DNA from: an uncultured archaeon
Lineage (GTDB): Archaea; Asgardarchaeota; Lokiarchaeia; Sigyniarchaeales; SOKP01
Assembly: GCA_964493385.1 (NCBI GenBank)
Contig: CAZBNW010000004.1
Coordinates: forward strand, 566-64,565
Length of the DNA stretch: 64,000 nucleotides
Direction: 5' to 3'
Below are positions 40,378-50,580 of the stretch, piece by piece. The notes under the pieces are model-generated. The model was not told the origin of the DNA. It saw only the letters and a list, made by a program, of their open reading frames with translations, and did no database searches. The first letter of the stretch is position 1. Every line of letters begins with the position of its first letter. The translations under genes and the position numbers were made by a program.

Positions 40378-41031
40378 ATGGAACAAGATAAAGAATTAAC
40401 TGATAAATTGGTTGAATATAGTAAAAAAGTTGGCCTTGATTTCATAGGCTTTGCAGATCCAAAATTGTTTGATCGATTCCCTAAAGCAAATCAACCTTTT
40501 GCATATTTAAAAGAAACTAAAACTGTGATAATCATTGGAATTTATATGTATGACATTATGCTTGATACATGGAGTTATCCAACAGGAAAAAGTTTACAAT
40601 TTGCTGATTCGGTTTTGAAAAATTATTGCAATTCAATTAGAAAATTTCTTATTAAGCATGGATTTCTGGCTAAAGTTATCCCATATCATCCTGGATTGTT
40701 TTTGAAGGATTCTGCTGCTCTAGCAGGACTCGGTTCAATTGGTAAAAATAATTTACTTATTACTGAAAAATATGGTTCACAAGTTAGATTAAGAGCAATA
40801 GTTACATCCGCACTACTGGAACTTGGAAACCCAATTTATGAAAATCCCTATTGCGAAGATTGTAATTTATGTATTGATTCATGCCCCGCTAAGGCATTTC
40901 CTAATGAAAAATATGACAGAAAAATCTGCAATGATTATAATCGCGCTAATTGGAAAATTCTTTCAAAATATTCCCGCCTTTGGTGTAATGAATGTATTGA
41001 ATCATGTCCAGTTGGTAAATCTAATAATTAG
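40378..41031 (+). CDS. QueG/reductive-dehalogenase-related 4Fe-4S protein
   Basis: N-terminal LDFIGFADP (DUF1730-like) and two ferredoxin-type motifs, CEDCNLCIDSCP and CNECIESCP. Confidence 0.55.
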   Translation: MEQDKELTDKLVEYSKKVGLDFIGFADPKLFDRFPKANQPFAYLKETKTVIIIGIYMYDIMLDTWSYPTGKSLQFADSVLKNYCNSIRKFLIKHGFLAKVIPYHPGLFLKDSAALAGLGSIGKNNLLITEKYGSQVRLRAIVTSALLELGNPIYENPYCEDCNLCIDSCPAKAFPNEKYDRKICNDYNRANWKILSKYSRLWCNECIESCPVGKSNN

Positions 41032-41094
41032 ATTCTCTTTTTTTGGAGTCTTCTTTATCTCCAATTTAGATCTATGATTATCATTAATGAAAAT

Positions 41095-41277
41095 CTATGG
41101 GTTAAACCGTAAATATTTTACATATTGTTTAATTAATGTGTTATACCGTAATCCTGATTCATAGCAATACCCACATTTAGAACAATGATGCTGTGTTGAT
41201 TTCCCACCGTCTAAGCGTTTAGAGAAGTTACTCAACATAATATTTCCACATTTTTCACAATTACTTTTAAATTGCAT
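41095..41277 (-). CDS. Small zinc-ribbon protein
   Basis: CEKCG ... CSKCGYC spacing in a 60-aa ORF. Confidence 0.4.
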   Translation of the reverse strand: MQFKSNCEKCGNIMLSNFSKRLDGGKSTQHHCSKCGYCYESGLRYNTLIKQYVKYLRFNP

Positions 41278-41360
41278 ATTATAAGTTGAAATTTTAAGAG
41301 TATTTAAAATAAGGAAGTAAAAAGATTTAGTAAAAAATAGAAAAAAAAATATTTTTAAAA

Positions 41361-41410
41361 TGCTGGAATTATGAAAATCGCATAAAATTAAATCTTATTT
41401 AAAGATTTAC
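41361..41410. repeat. Intergenic repeat copy A (conserved box plus 7-bp hairpin)
   Basis: tgctggaattatgaaaatcgcataaaatt followed by AAATCTT-atTTa-AAGATTT. It is similar to 42183..42232. Confidence 0.5.
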
Positions 41411-41492
41411 ACTTAATTAATACTTTAAACAAATAAGTAGGACGATTTAGTAAAAAAATTAGATGAAAAAATATAAAAATTAGTTTGTTTCT

Positions 41493-42065
41493 TCAAGTCC
41501 TCTTAAATCTGTTAATTATTATGATAATTAATGCTACTATAAAATATGCTATCGCAGCAAATAAGAAACTAAACTTTATTAAGGCACTTAAGGAAGCAAG
41601 AAATGAGTTAATATTTGAGATTAATGGGGACATTATCCAACCATCAAGCATTATTAATAAATTAATGTTCTCAATAATATCAAAAACACCTGTTAAAAAA
41701 GGTGTTAATGTAAAATAAAGACCAATAGTTTGAACTTTTTCATCTGACTTCCTTAGTATAAGTAAGATTAATCCTAGAGCTAAGGAACTATAACCAACAA
41801 TAAATAAAAAATCCCAATATATTGCTAAAGTTTGTCTAAGAATTCCTTCAACTCCCCATGATAAAAGGATTATTTGCACTCTTTCAGGTGTCCAGGCAAA
41901 TTCATAATCCAGAATCCCATAAGTTGGAACAGCAGCTTCAATAGGTATAAAAATTAGTAGATAGACTAATAAGACTATCGCCAAACCTATTATAGTCATA
42001 ATTATTACATATTTATCTTTAGGAGAATCTTTGAATTTGTCTAAAAACATGTGCAATTCACACAT
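41493..42065 (-). CDS. Membrane protein of unknown function
   Basis: 190 aa with 4-5 hydrophobic segments. Confidence 0.5.
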   Translation of the reverse strand: MCELHMFLDKFKDSPKDKYVIIMTIIGLAIVLLVYLLIFIPIEAAVPTYGILDYEFAWTPERVQIILLSWGVEGILRQTLAIYWDFLFIVGYSSLALGLILLILRKSDEKVQTIGLYFTLTPFLTGVFDIIENINLLIMLDGWIMSPLISNINSFLASLSALIKFSFLFAAIAYFIVALIIIIINRFKRT

Positions 42066-42182
42066 AGGTTAATCATTATTTATGAATATATTCTATTAAA
42101 AATATTATTTAAAATTAATAATATTCCTTTTGGCAATTATTCAGTGTAAGGTTTTTAGATTAAAAAAAAAAAATTAAAAAGT

Positions 42183-42232
42183 TGCTGGAAATAATAAAAT
42201 CGCTTAAATTTAAATCGTAATTAACGATTTAT
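42183..42232. repeat. Intergenic repeat copy B (conserved box plus 7-bp hairpin), abutting the histone stop codon
   Basis: tgctggaaataataaaatcgcttaaattt followed by AAATCGT-aatta-ACGATTT. Relative to copy A the stem differs by a paired change (T-A versus G-C). Confidence 0.5.
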
Positions 42233-42435
42233 ACTAAGCCAATAGCGATTTTCATATCTGCAGCAGTTACTTTCTTTCTGCCAGAGTGCTTTGCAATGTC
42301 AAGCGCGCAACCAGTCAAATTTTTAGCATATTCCTCTAAATAATCCATTAATTTGTCAACTGCGGCTCGACTTACGATTTCTGCTCCGGCTTTCTTCATT
42401 AGAGCCCGTAGTGGACTCCATGCAAATGCGGCCAT
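42229..42435 (-). CDS. Archaeal histone (HMf family)
   Basis: 68 aa: PLRALMKKAGAEIVSRAAVDKL...AKHSGRKKVTAADMKIA, a histone fold. Confidence 0.9.
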   Translation of the reverse strand: MAAFAWSPLRALMKKAGAEIVSRAAVDKLMDYLEEYAKNLTGCALDIAKHSGRKKVTAADMKIAIGLV

Positions 42436-42946
42436 TTTCTTATTCCTCCACTAATTTTTTAACTTATTTTTAATCTTTTTTATAAATTGTATTTAAATTT
42501 AATTTAGTATTTCTTATATTTAAATGTGTTGGTTGATCATCATTAATCCGATATATGTGATCAATCAAATATGGTCGACAAAAAAAAATGATGATAAAAA
42601 TCGACAAATTTTTTACTAGTGAATTCAATTAATCAGAAATGATCAATATTTGATTTCAAATGATGCAGTTGTAAATGGAAGTATATAAACTTTGTTATAC
42701 TTGGGGGAAATTTATCACCCCGTTTATAGAAAATCTCATAGAAGATAAAAGATTGAAATACTAATCATTGATAATTTTTACAAAATAACAATTTTAATGC
42801 AAATTTTAAAACATTTCTCAAATATTAATACTTTATAATTAATTTTGCTTTACACTAATTTAAGAGTTAGTGAATCTCCTTAATAATTCTCTTACATTTT
42901 ACTTTATCTAGATTAAAATGTTTATCTAAAATTGGAGTATTAAAAA

Positions 42947-44020
42947 ATGGGTATAATCAATCCTAAAATTTTAGTAGTTTCAGACATTCACTTAGGTTCC
43001 TTGGATAGTGAAAGGGATTTATTTATTCAATTTTTAAGAAAAATTGTTAATGGAGAGTTCGGAAATGAATTACAAGTCCTTATAATATTAGGAGATTTTA
43101 TTGATTTATGTACTGATATTCCTGAAGCTCTCTTGAAAAGAGAAAAAATCCAAGAAATTCTCACTCTTTTATTAGAAGTTAAAAAAGAAAAAAACCTTAT
43201 TTTTGTACTTGGAAATCATGAAATTCCTATTACCGGAGATTATGACGAGAAATTTCGACGTCGAAAAGAGAAGTTTTTATTCAAGTTTAAAAATAACAGT
43301 TTCAATGAATTGTTTGATAATGAATTATTTGGTCAATATATATTATTGAAAAAGTGGAACAATGAGGATATGCTACTTTTATACGATTCACGAGATCAAA
43401 TTGAAAATACTCCTAATAAAAAAGTAAGAATTGAGGGGCTTGATTTAGATAGCAATTATAGGTGTTTAATGACACATGGATATCAGTTTGATAGTGAAAT
43501 ATATCGATTTTTTGTAGGTCAAGTATGGAAATCTATGATTTCTTCTAATAAGTTTGAAATAAAAGAAACTTTCGATTATTTCTGGAATGAGATAATTAAG
43601 AATGGTAGAAAAATTAAACCTATTACATTCAAAGATATGAAAGCAGAATTGACAAAGTTAAAAAATATGTCTTTAGAATCAATAGATACACTTTTTTCAG
43701 AATTAAGTAATTTGGAATTTAACTTAATTAAAGCTAACGCGCGAATAATGAAGAAATGGGAACGCGCAAAAAAATTTGAGTATTATTTTGAGGAAATAAA
43801 AGAGTTCTTAGAGGATGATGATTATGATTTCTCAAAAGTTAATCATTTAATATATGGTCATTCACACAATAAGGGAGTATATAATGGAATGATAAATGGA
43901 CATCCAATAGAAATTGTAAACGATGGTTCTTGGCAGCACATCCAGCCATCTTATGTAGAGATTCTTTATAAGGGAATATTAAATTTAAGAACTGTTTTTA
44001 GTAATATGAATTCTTCATAA
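42947..44020 (+). CDS. Calcineurin-like metallophosphoesterase
   Basis: VVSDIHLG, LGDFID, GNHE and GHSH motifs in order. Confidence 0.75.
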   Translation: MGIINPKILVVSDIHLGSLDSERDLFIQFLRKIVNGEFGNELQVLIILGDFIDLCTDIPEALLKREKIQEILTLLLEVKKEKNLIFVLGNHEIPITGDYDEKFRRRKEKFLFKFKNNSFNELFDNELFGQYILLKKWNNEDMLLLYDSRDQIENTPNKKVRIEGLDLDSNYRCLMTHGYQFDSEIYRFFVGQVWKSMISSNKFEIKETFDYFWNEIIKNGRKIKPITFKDMKAELTKLKNMSLESIDTLFSELSNLEFNLIKANARIMKKWERAKKFEYYFEEIKEFLEDDDYDFSKVNHLIYGHSHNKGVYNGMINGHPIEIVNDGSWQHIQPSYVEILYKGILNLRTVFSNMNSS

Positions 44021-44045
44021 CTTTGTTAAAATGAAATAAAATTTT

Positions 44046-44510
44046 TTATATTCTCAACTCTATTTTCGGTTCTTTTTTCTCAGCATAGAAAAACCGTCCA
44101 GAACCCATTACATCTACATGACGGAAATAGATCTCATTAAATACTAATGTTTGAGAGTCGATCTCATCCTTTTTTTTAATCTTATCAATAAACTTTTTTG
44201 AATTCGAAATTATAATGTCTTTAATCATTTTACCTAATTCAGAAACAAGGATCTCTTCTTCAGAAGGATAATATTGATCTGGGGTGGCTCCTATTGCTAT
44301 ATTTCCTTCCTGATAACCACCCCGATTTTTTTCTGCCGCAATTTTGTATTTATTGAAATGCCCTACAATTTTTTTTAATTTTTTAAGATTTAGTTGACCA
44401 ACTTCCTCAAGAATCTCAAAAACAAATGAATTTGGTTTTTTTAAATAGTCATAAACGGTATCTGGAGTTAGTTTTGGTTCATAATCAGGGAATAAATCTT
44501 TCTCATTCAA
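44046..44510 (-). CDS. Hypothetical protein
   Basis: 154-aa ORF with no recognisable motif. Confidence 0.4.
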   Translation of the reverse strand: MNEKDLFPDYEPKLTPDTVYDYLKKPNSFVFEILEEVGQLNLKKLKKIVGHFNKYKIAAEKNRGGYQEGNIAIGATPDQYYPSEEEILVSELGKMIKDIIISNSKKFIDKIKKKDEIDSQTLVFNEIYFRHVDVMGSGRFFYAEKKEPKIELRI

Positions 44511-44621
44511 AACTTATTCAACACCGAATTATATTAATATGTTCAAAACTTATAAATCCAAACTTTTATTTTTAATTATTAAGTTTAGTTTTTTTTAATA
44601 ATAAAATAAACTATTATACTC

Positions 44622-45230
44622 ATGGCTGACCAAACAACTCCTCTTTCTAACATGGAAGAAAAAGGAAAACCAATTTATATTTTCAAGATATGCATTTTAG
44701 GGCAAGAAAGAGTCGGAAAAACATGTATCGCGAAAAGATTATGTTTTAACACATTTGATGTGAACACTAAGGAAACATTAGGAATCGAATTCTATACAAA
44801 AGATTTTCCTATTATTGTTGATGGAGAGGATACTTTTGTTAGGCTCAGTATTTGGGATTTTGGAGGACGAGAACAATTCAAAAAATTGTTTCCATATTAT
44901 ATTAATGGTGCCAATGGAATATTTATGGTTTTTGATTTAATAGATCTTCAAACTTTGCTGAGATTAGACTGGTGGTATGAGAGAATGGGTGAGTACAATC
45001 ATGCAAATACTCCAAGAATATTCATTGGTGCTAAAAATGACCTTATTAAAACAGCAGATGAGAAAGCTAGGGTTGACGATTTAGTTATAAATAGGTTCAT
45101 GGAAAGACATGATGAAGTTGACTTTTATAAAACTTCTTCGAAGGAGAATTTTAATATTAAATTAATTTTTAAAGAACTTGTCATTAAAATATTAGAAAAA
45201 AACAAATTGGATTATAATCGGTTAGCATAA
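44622..45230 (+). CDS. Rab/Ras-like small GTPase (divergent)
   Basis: GQERVGKTC P-loop, WDFGGREQF, GAKNDL and TSSKE. Confidence 0.8.
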   Translation: MADQTTPLSNMEEKGKPIYIFKICILGQERVGKTCIAKRLCFNTFDVNTKETLGIEFYTKDFPIIVDGEDTFVRLSIWDFGGREQFKKLFPYYINGANGIFMVFDLIDLQTLLRLDWWYERMGEYNHANTPRIFIGAKNDLIKTADEKARVDDLVINRFMERHDEVDFYKTSSKENFNIKLIFKELVIKILEKNKLDYNRLA

Positions 45231-45301
45231 ACGAATGTAATCGATTTATTTAAGAGACTTATTTTTTATGTGATTAACTTATTTTTTGAGGTTAAATCGA
45301 A

Positions 45302-46381
45302 ATGGTTGATATATTTCATGAAGAAGATGGAGATCTTTCAATTATAGAAAATAAGACGATAAGTATTATTGGTTATGGAAATCAGGGGAGAGCTCAAGCT
45401 CTTAACTTGAGAGATTCAGGTTTAAATGTTATTGTAGGAAATATTGAAGATGAGTATAAGAATATTGCTATAAATGATAACTTTCCAGTTTATTCAATTA
45501 AAGAAGCTAGTGAAAAATCCCAGATCATATTTTTATTAATCCCAGATGAGATAATGAATGATATTTTCGAAAAAGAAATAAGCCCTTATTTGAAACCTGA
45601 ATCTATACTTGTTTTTGCTAGTGGCTATAATATTGGTTTTAACTTACTAAAACCCCCTGAAGACACAGATGTATTATTAATTGCGCCTAGAATGATTGGA
45701 GTTGGCGTAAGGGAGAATTTTCTTAAAAATGAAGGATTTTTTAGTTTTATCGCGATTGAACAAGATGCTTCTGGACAGGCAAAAGAGATTTTGCTTGCCC
45801 TGGCTAAAGGCATTGGAACATTAAAAAAAGGTGCCATAATGATAACTTTTAAGCAAGAAGCCGAATTAGATTTATTCAATGAACAAGCATTTGGACCGGT
45901 ATTTGGTAGAGTTTTATTATCGAGTATATACACATTAATTAATGCGGGATATCCTCCAGAAGCTGTGTTAGTTGAAATGTATATGAGCGGAGAAATGTCA
46001 TATACCTATAAGAAAATGGCAGATGTAGGATTAATAAAGCAAGTAGATTTTCATTCTCAAACAAGTCAGTATGGGGCAATGAGCAGAGGAATACGGTATC
46101 GTAAGCTTCCTCTTATGGATAAGATGAAACGGATCTTAAGAGAAATTCAAAACGGCGAATTTACCAAAGAGTGGGAAAAGAAAATTACCAAATTAAAATT
46201 TAAGATAATAAAGTACTTCGCAACTAAACAGAAGATTAATAAATTAGAAAAGCAAGTAAGAAAAAATCTTAAATTAGAACTCTATGATATTTATGAAGAA
46301 GAACCCCCAACCGAAGCAGAACTTATTGAGTTAAAAAAAATTTCAGATGAGTTAAAGTTATTTGAACAATATTTTGAATAA
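45302..46381 (+). CDS. ilvC: Ketol-acid reductoisomerase with a C-terminal extension
   Basis: IIGYGNQGRAQALNLRDSG, plus the knotted-domain block EQAFGPV. Confidence 0.9.
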   Translation: MVDIFHEEDGDLSIIENKTISIIGYGNQGRAQALNLRDSGLNVIVGNIEDEYKNIAINDNFPVYSIKEASEKSQIIFLLIPDEIMNDIFEKEISPYLKPESILVFASGYNIGFNLLKPPEDTDVLLIAPRMIGVGVRENFLKNEGFFSFIAIEQDASGQAKEILLALAKGIGTLKKGAIMITFKQEAELDLFNEQAFGPVFGRVLLSSIYTLINAGYPPEAVLVEMYMSGEMSYTYKKMADVGLIKQVDFHSQTSQYGAMSRGIRYRKLPLMDKMKRILREIQNGEFTKEWEKKITKLKFKIIKYFATKQKINKLEKQVRKNLKLELYDIYEEEPPTEAELIELKKISDELKLFEQYFE

Positions 46382-46391
46382 TCTCTGCTTG

Positions 46392-47369
46392 TTATATAAG
46401 GATAATAACTACTCCTATAATAGTTAAGATAACACCAATAAAGCCATACCTAGAAATCCTTTCCTTATTTACAAAATAAGTTAATGGGAGGGCAAATAAT
46501 GGACTAGCACTAGCAATTAATGCAACTATATTTGCTCCTGCTATATGTACAGATTCAGTATATAGATATGCACCTAGTGAAGTACCTATTATTGAAGCAA
46601 CTAATAATAAAATCCATGAACGAAGTGAATTTTTTTGATTGGGTGAATTTTCGTTTCTTTTCTTTAAGTAATTTTCTCTCAACACCATTGAACCCAAAAT
46701 CAATAAAGCAAATGGAAATCTAATTACATTTCCTATAATAGAACTTAGTTCTTCTATATGAATTATCTGATCTATTTGAATAGTAGCAAATTCAATTATT
46801 ACTGCACCTATAGCCCACCCAAGAGATGCTGTAAAACAAAAACCTATTGCTTTAACAATGTCTTTTCTAAAAATCTCTTGAATTCTGATTTTAATGGAGT
46901 GTTGTAAGATAGAATTGCTTTCACGTTTCGAATTCTCAGAGTTTATTTTGGATTTTCCAATAGTAGTTATTCCAATACCAATCAGAATTAAAGAAAAAAC
47001 TAAATTAAGTTTAAATGGTCGGTTAAGAAAAATTAGAGACAATATAAAAGTAAATAGAGGAAATGTCATTGAAATAGCAAGAGCGATGGTAGTTCCTAGT
47101 TCTTTTTGAGCAGTAAAATAAGCGGTGTCACCAATTACTTGGCCAAAAATGAAACTCAAAATTAATAGCAACCATAACTCCCATGGTATTATAAAAATGA
47201 GATTTAATTGATTTAAAAATAAGACTATTAGAATGAATGTTAATGTACCTATACCTGTTCGAAAGAAATTAATAAAAGTCGGACTAACTTCTTGGTCAGT
47301 TTTGCGAAAAATAACATTAGATCCGACAAATGTTAGCACAGCTAAAATTGCGATAAATTCTCCTAACAT
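46392..47369 (-). CDS. EamA/DMT-family transporter
   Basis: 325 aa with about 10 TM segments in two EamA-like halves. Confidence 0.75.
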   Translation of the reverse strand: MLGEFIAILAVLTFVGSNVIFRKTDQEVSPTFINFFRTGIGTLTFILIVLFLNQLNLIFIIPWELWLLLILSFIFGQVIGDTAYFTAQKELGTTIALAISMTFPLFTFILSLIFLNRPFKLNLVFSLILIGIGITTIGKSKINSENSKRESNSILQHSIKIRIQEIFRKDIVKAIGFCFTASLGWAIGAVIIEFATIQIDQIIHIEELSSIIGNVIRFPFALLILGSMVLRENYLKKRNENSPNQKNSLRSWILLLVASIIGTSLGAYLYTESVHIAGANIVALIASASPLFALPLTYFVNKERISRYGFIGVILTIIGVVIILI

Positions 47370-47447
47370 TGAATGTGTAAATTAAAGAATACATATATTG
47401 TTTTGTATTATAATTCCCTTAAATGTGAAAATTAATAAAGACAAGAA

Positions 47448-48934
47448 TTAGTTATCTTCTTGATTTATTCTTGCTAATTTCTTACCAAATTCATATAATT
47501 TTAAAAAAGATTTACTTCCCCTTTCAATTGAGGGATAAACGATAAAACCATCATCAATAAGAAGTTCATAATAATCATTACGAATTTTAGTTGGAGTTTC
47601 TGCCAAAATCAATATCAAAGTCTTATTTAAAGACTCAATATATTTTTTTATCTTCTTTAAATTATTGTAATATCTTTCAAATCTATCCTTATCTCTAAAA
47701 CCAAAAGCATTTGTATGCATAATTACCAGATCTATATCTTCTGTAATTGCTGCTTTGCATAATTCAACATATTTTTCTGATCGTGAAAGCCATGGCAAGT
47801 CTAATGGATTATTGAGAGAACCTACTTTAATTGGATATACTTCCATTAATCGTTCTTTTGTTTTTCCTTCAAATAAAGGTAAATTAAGTTCTAATTTTGT
47901 TAAAGTATCAGTATCAAGAATTCCTAATCCTCCTGACCACATAATAACTAGGACATTTTTCCCTTTAGGATAATATTTGATTTGTTCTTCAAATGCCAAA
48001 TCTCTACATTTTCTAAAAAAACTATGAAAAATAAACATATAATCAACCATTTCATCTAAAGAACTTCCCACTTCAATCAAGGTTGTTTGTTTAAAAACTG
48101 CATCCCATATCCTTTCATCTGATCCTAAAGAACCAGTATGAGTCTGAACTGCAGATCGAGCACGATGTGTCGTTCCCCCTCTTAAAAATAAGATCGGTTT
48201 GACATTTTTTTTAAAATAGTTAATAATTTATGTCCTGCTGATTCTTGGTATTTTGAAAAACCTTCAAAATATACGCTAATTATTTCAATTTCACTGTCAT
48301 TCTCAAAATATTCCAAAAAATCTGTGACTTGTAAACTTACACAATTACCAATACTTGCTCCTTTTGAAAACGTGAGTCGATATCTGCTATATCCATACAT
48401 TATAGCTCTTGAATGTAAATCGCCAGAATGGTAAATTAATCCAATATTCCCATCATCTAGTGGAAATCTAGGCAGATATGCCATTTTTTCACTGGGACAA
48501 TAAACACCCATGCAATTGGGGCCTATAGCTTTGATGTTAGTGTGATTATCAAAAAAATCTCTCAATTGTTTTTCAATTTTTACTCCGATATCATCGAATT
48601 CTCCTGTTCCAGCAGTAAAAATATGTATAAAATTAATTTTCTTTTTTGCTGTAATTTCTTCTAAGGATTGAATAAGTAATTCTCTTCTAACAGCTAAAAT
48701 CAGTAAATCGATTGTATTATCAGGTATTTCCTCAATCGATTTGTAACACTCTATACCGGAGATCTCTAACTCTGTTGGCGATATTAAAAATAATTTCTCT
48801 AAATTATATCCGTGTAGTTTAAAGCCTTCAATAAAATATCCAAATTTTTCTTTTGCTTCAAATATCGCAATATTTCGGGGTTTAAATAGAAGATCTAAGG
48901 ATTTTTTTTTCATCACAATTACCATTTTTATCAT
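47448..48934 (-). pseudogene. NDP-forming acyl-CoA synthetase alpha-like paralogue, split by a frame shift at the A8/T8 run 48205..48212
   Basis: ORFs 48182..48934 and 47448..48080 plus the 48081..48204 link are colinear with intact 49102..50580. A -1 shift after ...ILKK gives NVKPILFLRGGTTHRARSAVQTHTG, matching MKKPVLFMRGGRTSRGQTAVLTHTG. Confidence 0.7.
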
Positions 48935-49101
48935 TCATTAATTAACTGAGATTATGATTATTTTATAAAACGTGTAAACTATCATGTTAAGCATTAGATT
49001 TAGATTTTTAGATTTTATTCTAAAAGAAAAATGAAGTTAATTGAAGATTTATTGAATTAAGAGAATCAACAAAAAGTTATAAGGATAAAATTAGAAACTG
49101 T

Positions 49102-50580
49102 TTACCTTTTGGATTTTAATTGACTTAGTTTTTTTCCATATTCATATAATTTCAAAAATGATTTAGCAGCAGCTTCAATTGTAGGATAAACAATGAACTT
49201 ATCATTAATTAGTAAGTGGCTAAATTTGGCTTGAGATTCACTAGGATACTGATGTAAGATAATAATAAAAACCTTATTTAATGATTCAACATACTCTCTC
49301 AATTCTAACAGATTATTATAATAACCTTTAAAACGTTCACCTTCCATGTCTTTCCAAGAATCGGTTTCGACTATTATCAAATCAATATTTTCGCTGATAG
49401 CGGATTTACAAACCTCTACTAACACTTTTTGGTGTGTTACCCAAGGTAAATCAAAAGGGTTTGATAAACTACCAACTCTTATTGGATATATTTCTTTTAA
49501 TTTCTCTAGAGCATCACCTTCAAAATAAGGTAATTTTAATCCTAACTCTATTAAGGTATCTGTTGCTAAAATGCCAAAACCACCAGACCAAAGAACCACT
49601 AAAGCTCGTTTGTTTATGGGATAAATAATATTCTTCTTTAATTTACTAAACCGAGATATATAACTAGAAAAAAGAAAAGTATAATCAATTAGTTCATCCA
49701 AAGAAGGAGGAACTTCAATAGTGCGGGTTTGTTTATAGATCGCACCCCAAATATCGCCTTTTGTTGCTAAAGCTCCTGTATGAGTCAAAACAGCAGTTTG
49801 CCCTCTTGAAGTTCTTCCACCTCTCATAAATAATACTGGTTTTTTCATCTTTTTCAAAATATTAAATAAATTCTTTCCCTCATTTTTGTGGAATGGCGAA
49901 ATTCCTTCAAAATAAACACATATTACATCAGTATCAACATCTTTATTGAGATATTCTAAAATTTCTGAAATTTGAATATCTATACAATTTCCAATGCTTA
50001 TTCCAATCGAAAATCTAAGATTATATCTTCGAGAACCAAATTTTATCATTTTAGAGTGCAAATCTCCTGATTGAAAAATAAGACCAATATTGCCTCTCTC
50101 CACAGGAAAAGATGAGTAATATGCAGTTTTTCCGCGAGGATTATATAATCCCATACAGTTTGGACCTATAGCTCTTGTATTCTTATAATTTTCCAATAGT
50201 TCTTTTAACTGGCGTTCAATTTCTACGCCTAAATCGTCAAATTCCCCTGTTCCAGCTGTAAATATATGAACAAAATTTACTTTTTTTTTCGATAAAATAT
50301 CTACTAATGATTCAATAAGCAATTCTCTTCTTACAGATAAAATTAATAGATCTATTATATCCTCTGGAATGTCATCAACAGTTTTATAACATTTCAGACC
50401 TGAAAATTCTTCTTCTTTAGTTGATATTAAATATAACTTCCCTAAATCAAAACCTTGCCTTTTAAATCCTTCAATGAAAAATGAAATACCTTGGCTTACT
50501 TTAAAAATTGCTACACTATTAGGCTTAAATAATCTCTCAAATGAATGTATATTATCCTTCTTTTCCATTTTTATCCTCAA
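49102..50580 (-). CDS. NDP-forming acyl-CoA synthetase alpha-like protein (CoA-binding plus CoA-ligase domains)
   Basis: GPNCMGLYNP, the phosphohistidine-loop-like AVLTHTGALA and FTAGTGEFDD. Confidence 0.7.
   Translation of the reverse strand: MRIKMEKKDNIHSFERLFKPNSVAIFKVSQGISFFIEGFKRQGFDLGKLYLISTKEEEFSGLKCYKTVDDIPEDIIDLLILSVRRELLIESLVDILSKKKVNFVHIFTAGTGEFDDLGVEIERQLKELLENYKNTRAIGPNCMGLYNPRGKTAYYSSFPVERGNIGLIFQSGDLHSKMIKFGSRRYNLRFSIGISIGNCIDIQISEILEYLNKDVDTDVICVYFEGISPFHKNEGKNLFNILKKMKKPVLFMRGGRTSRGQTAVLTHTGALATKGDIWGAIYKQTRTIEVPPSLDELIDYTFLFSSYISRFSKLKKNIIYPINKRALVVLWSGGFGILATDTLIELGLKLPYFEGDALEKLKEIYPIRVGSLSNPFDLPWVTHQKVLVEVCKSAISENIDLIIVETDSWKDMEGERFKGYYNNLLELREYVESLNKVFIIILHQYPSESQAKFSHLLINDKFIVYPTIEAAAKSFLKLYEYGKKLSQLKSKR

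Noticed and set aside
42533-42564. Replication origin or operator in the 510-bp histone-phosphoesterase intergenic region (TTGATCA/TGATCAA inverted repeat, a third TGATCA at ~42641, and a repeated TCGACAAA)
   Set aside because: There is no adjacent orc1/cdc6 and no long ORB-like repeats. The short palindromes may be regulator sites, but this cannot be supported from sequence alone.
42588-42666. C/D-box sRNA (ATGATGA at 42588 and ATGATGC at 42660)
   Set aside because: No CUGA D or D' box lies at a suitable distance on either strand.
48081-48204. Programmed -1 frameshift stimulatory structure downstream of the A8 run
   Set aside because: Only 4-bp stems were found (for example ACGA-caca-TCGT). 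This is insufficient to argue for programmed frameshifting over a homopolymer indel.
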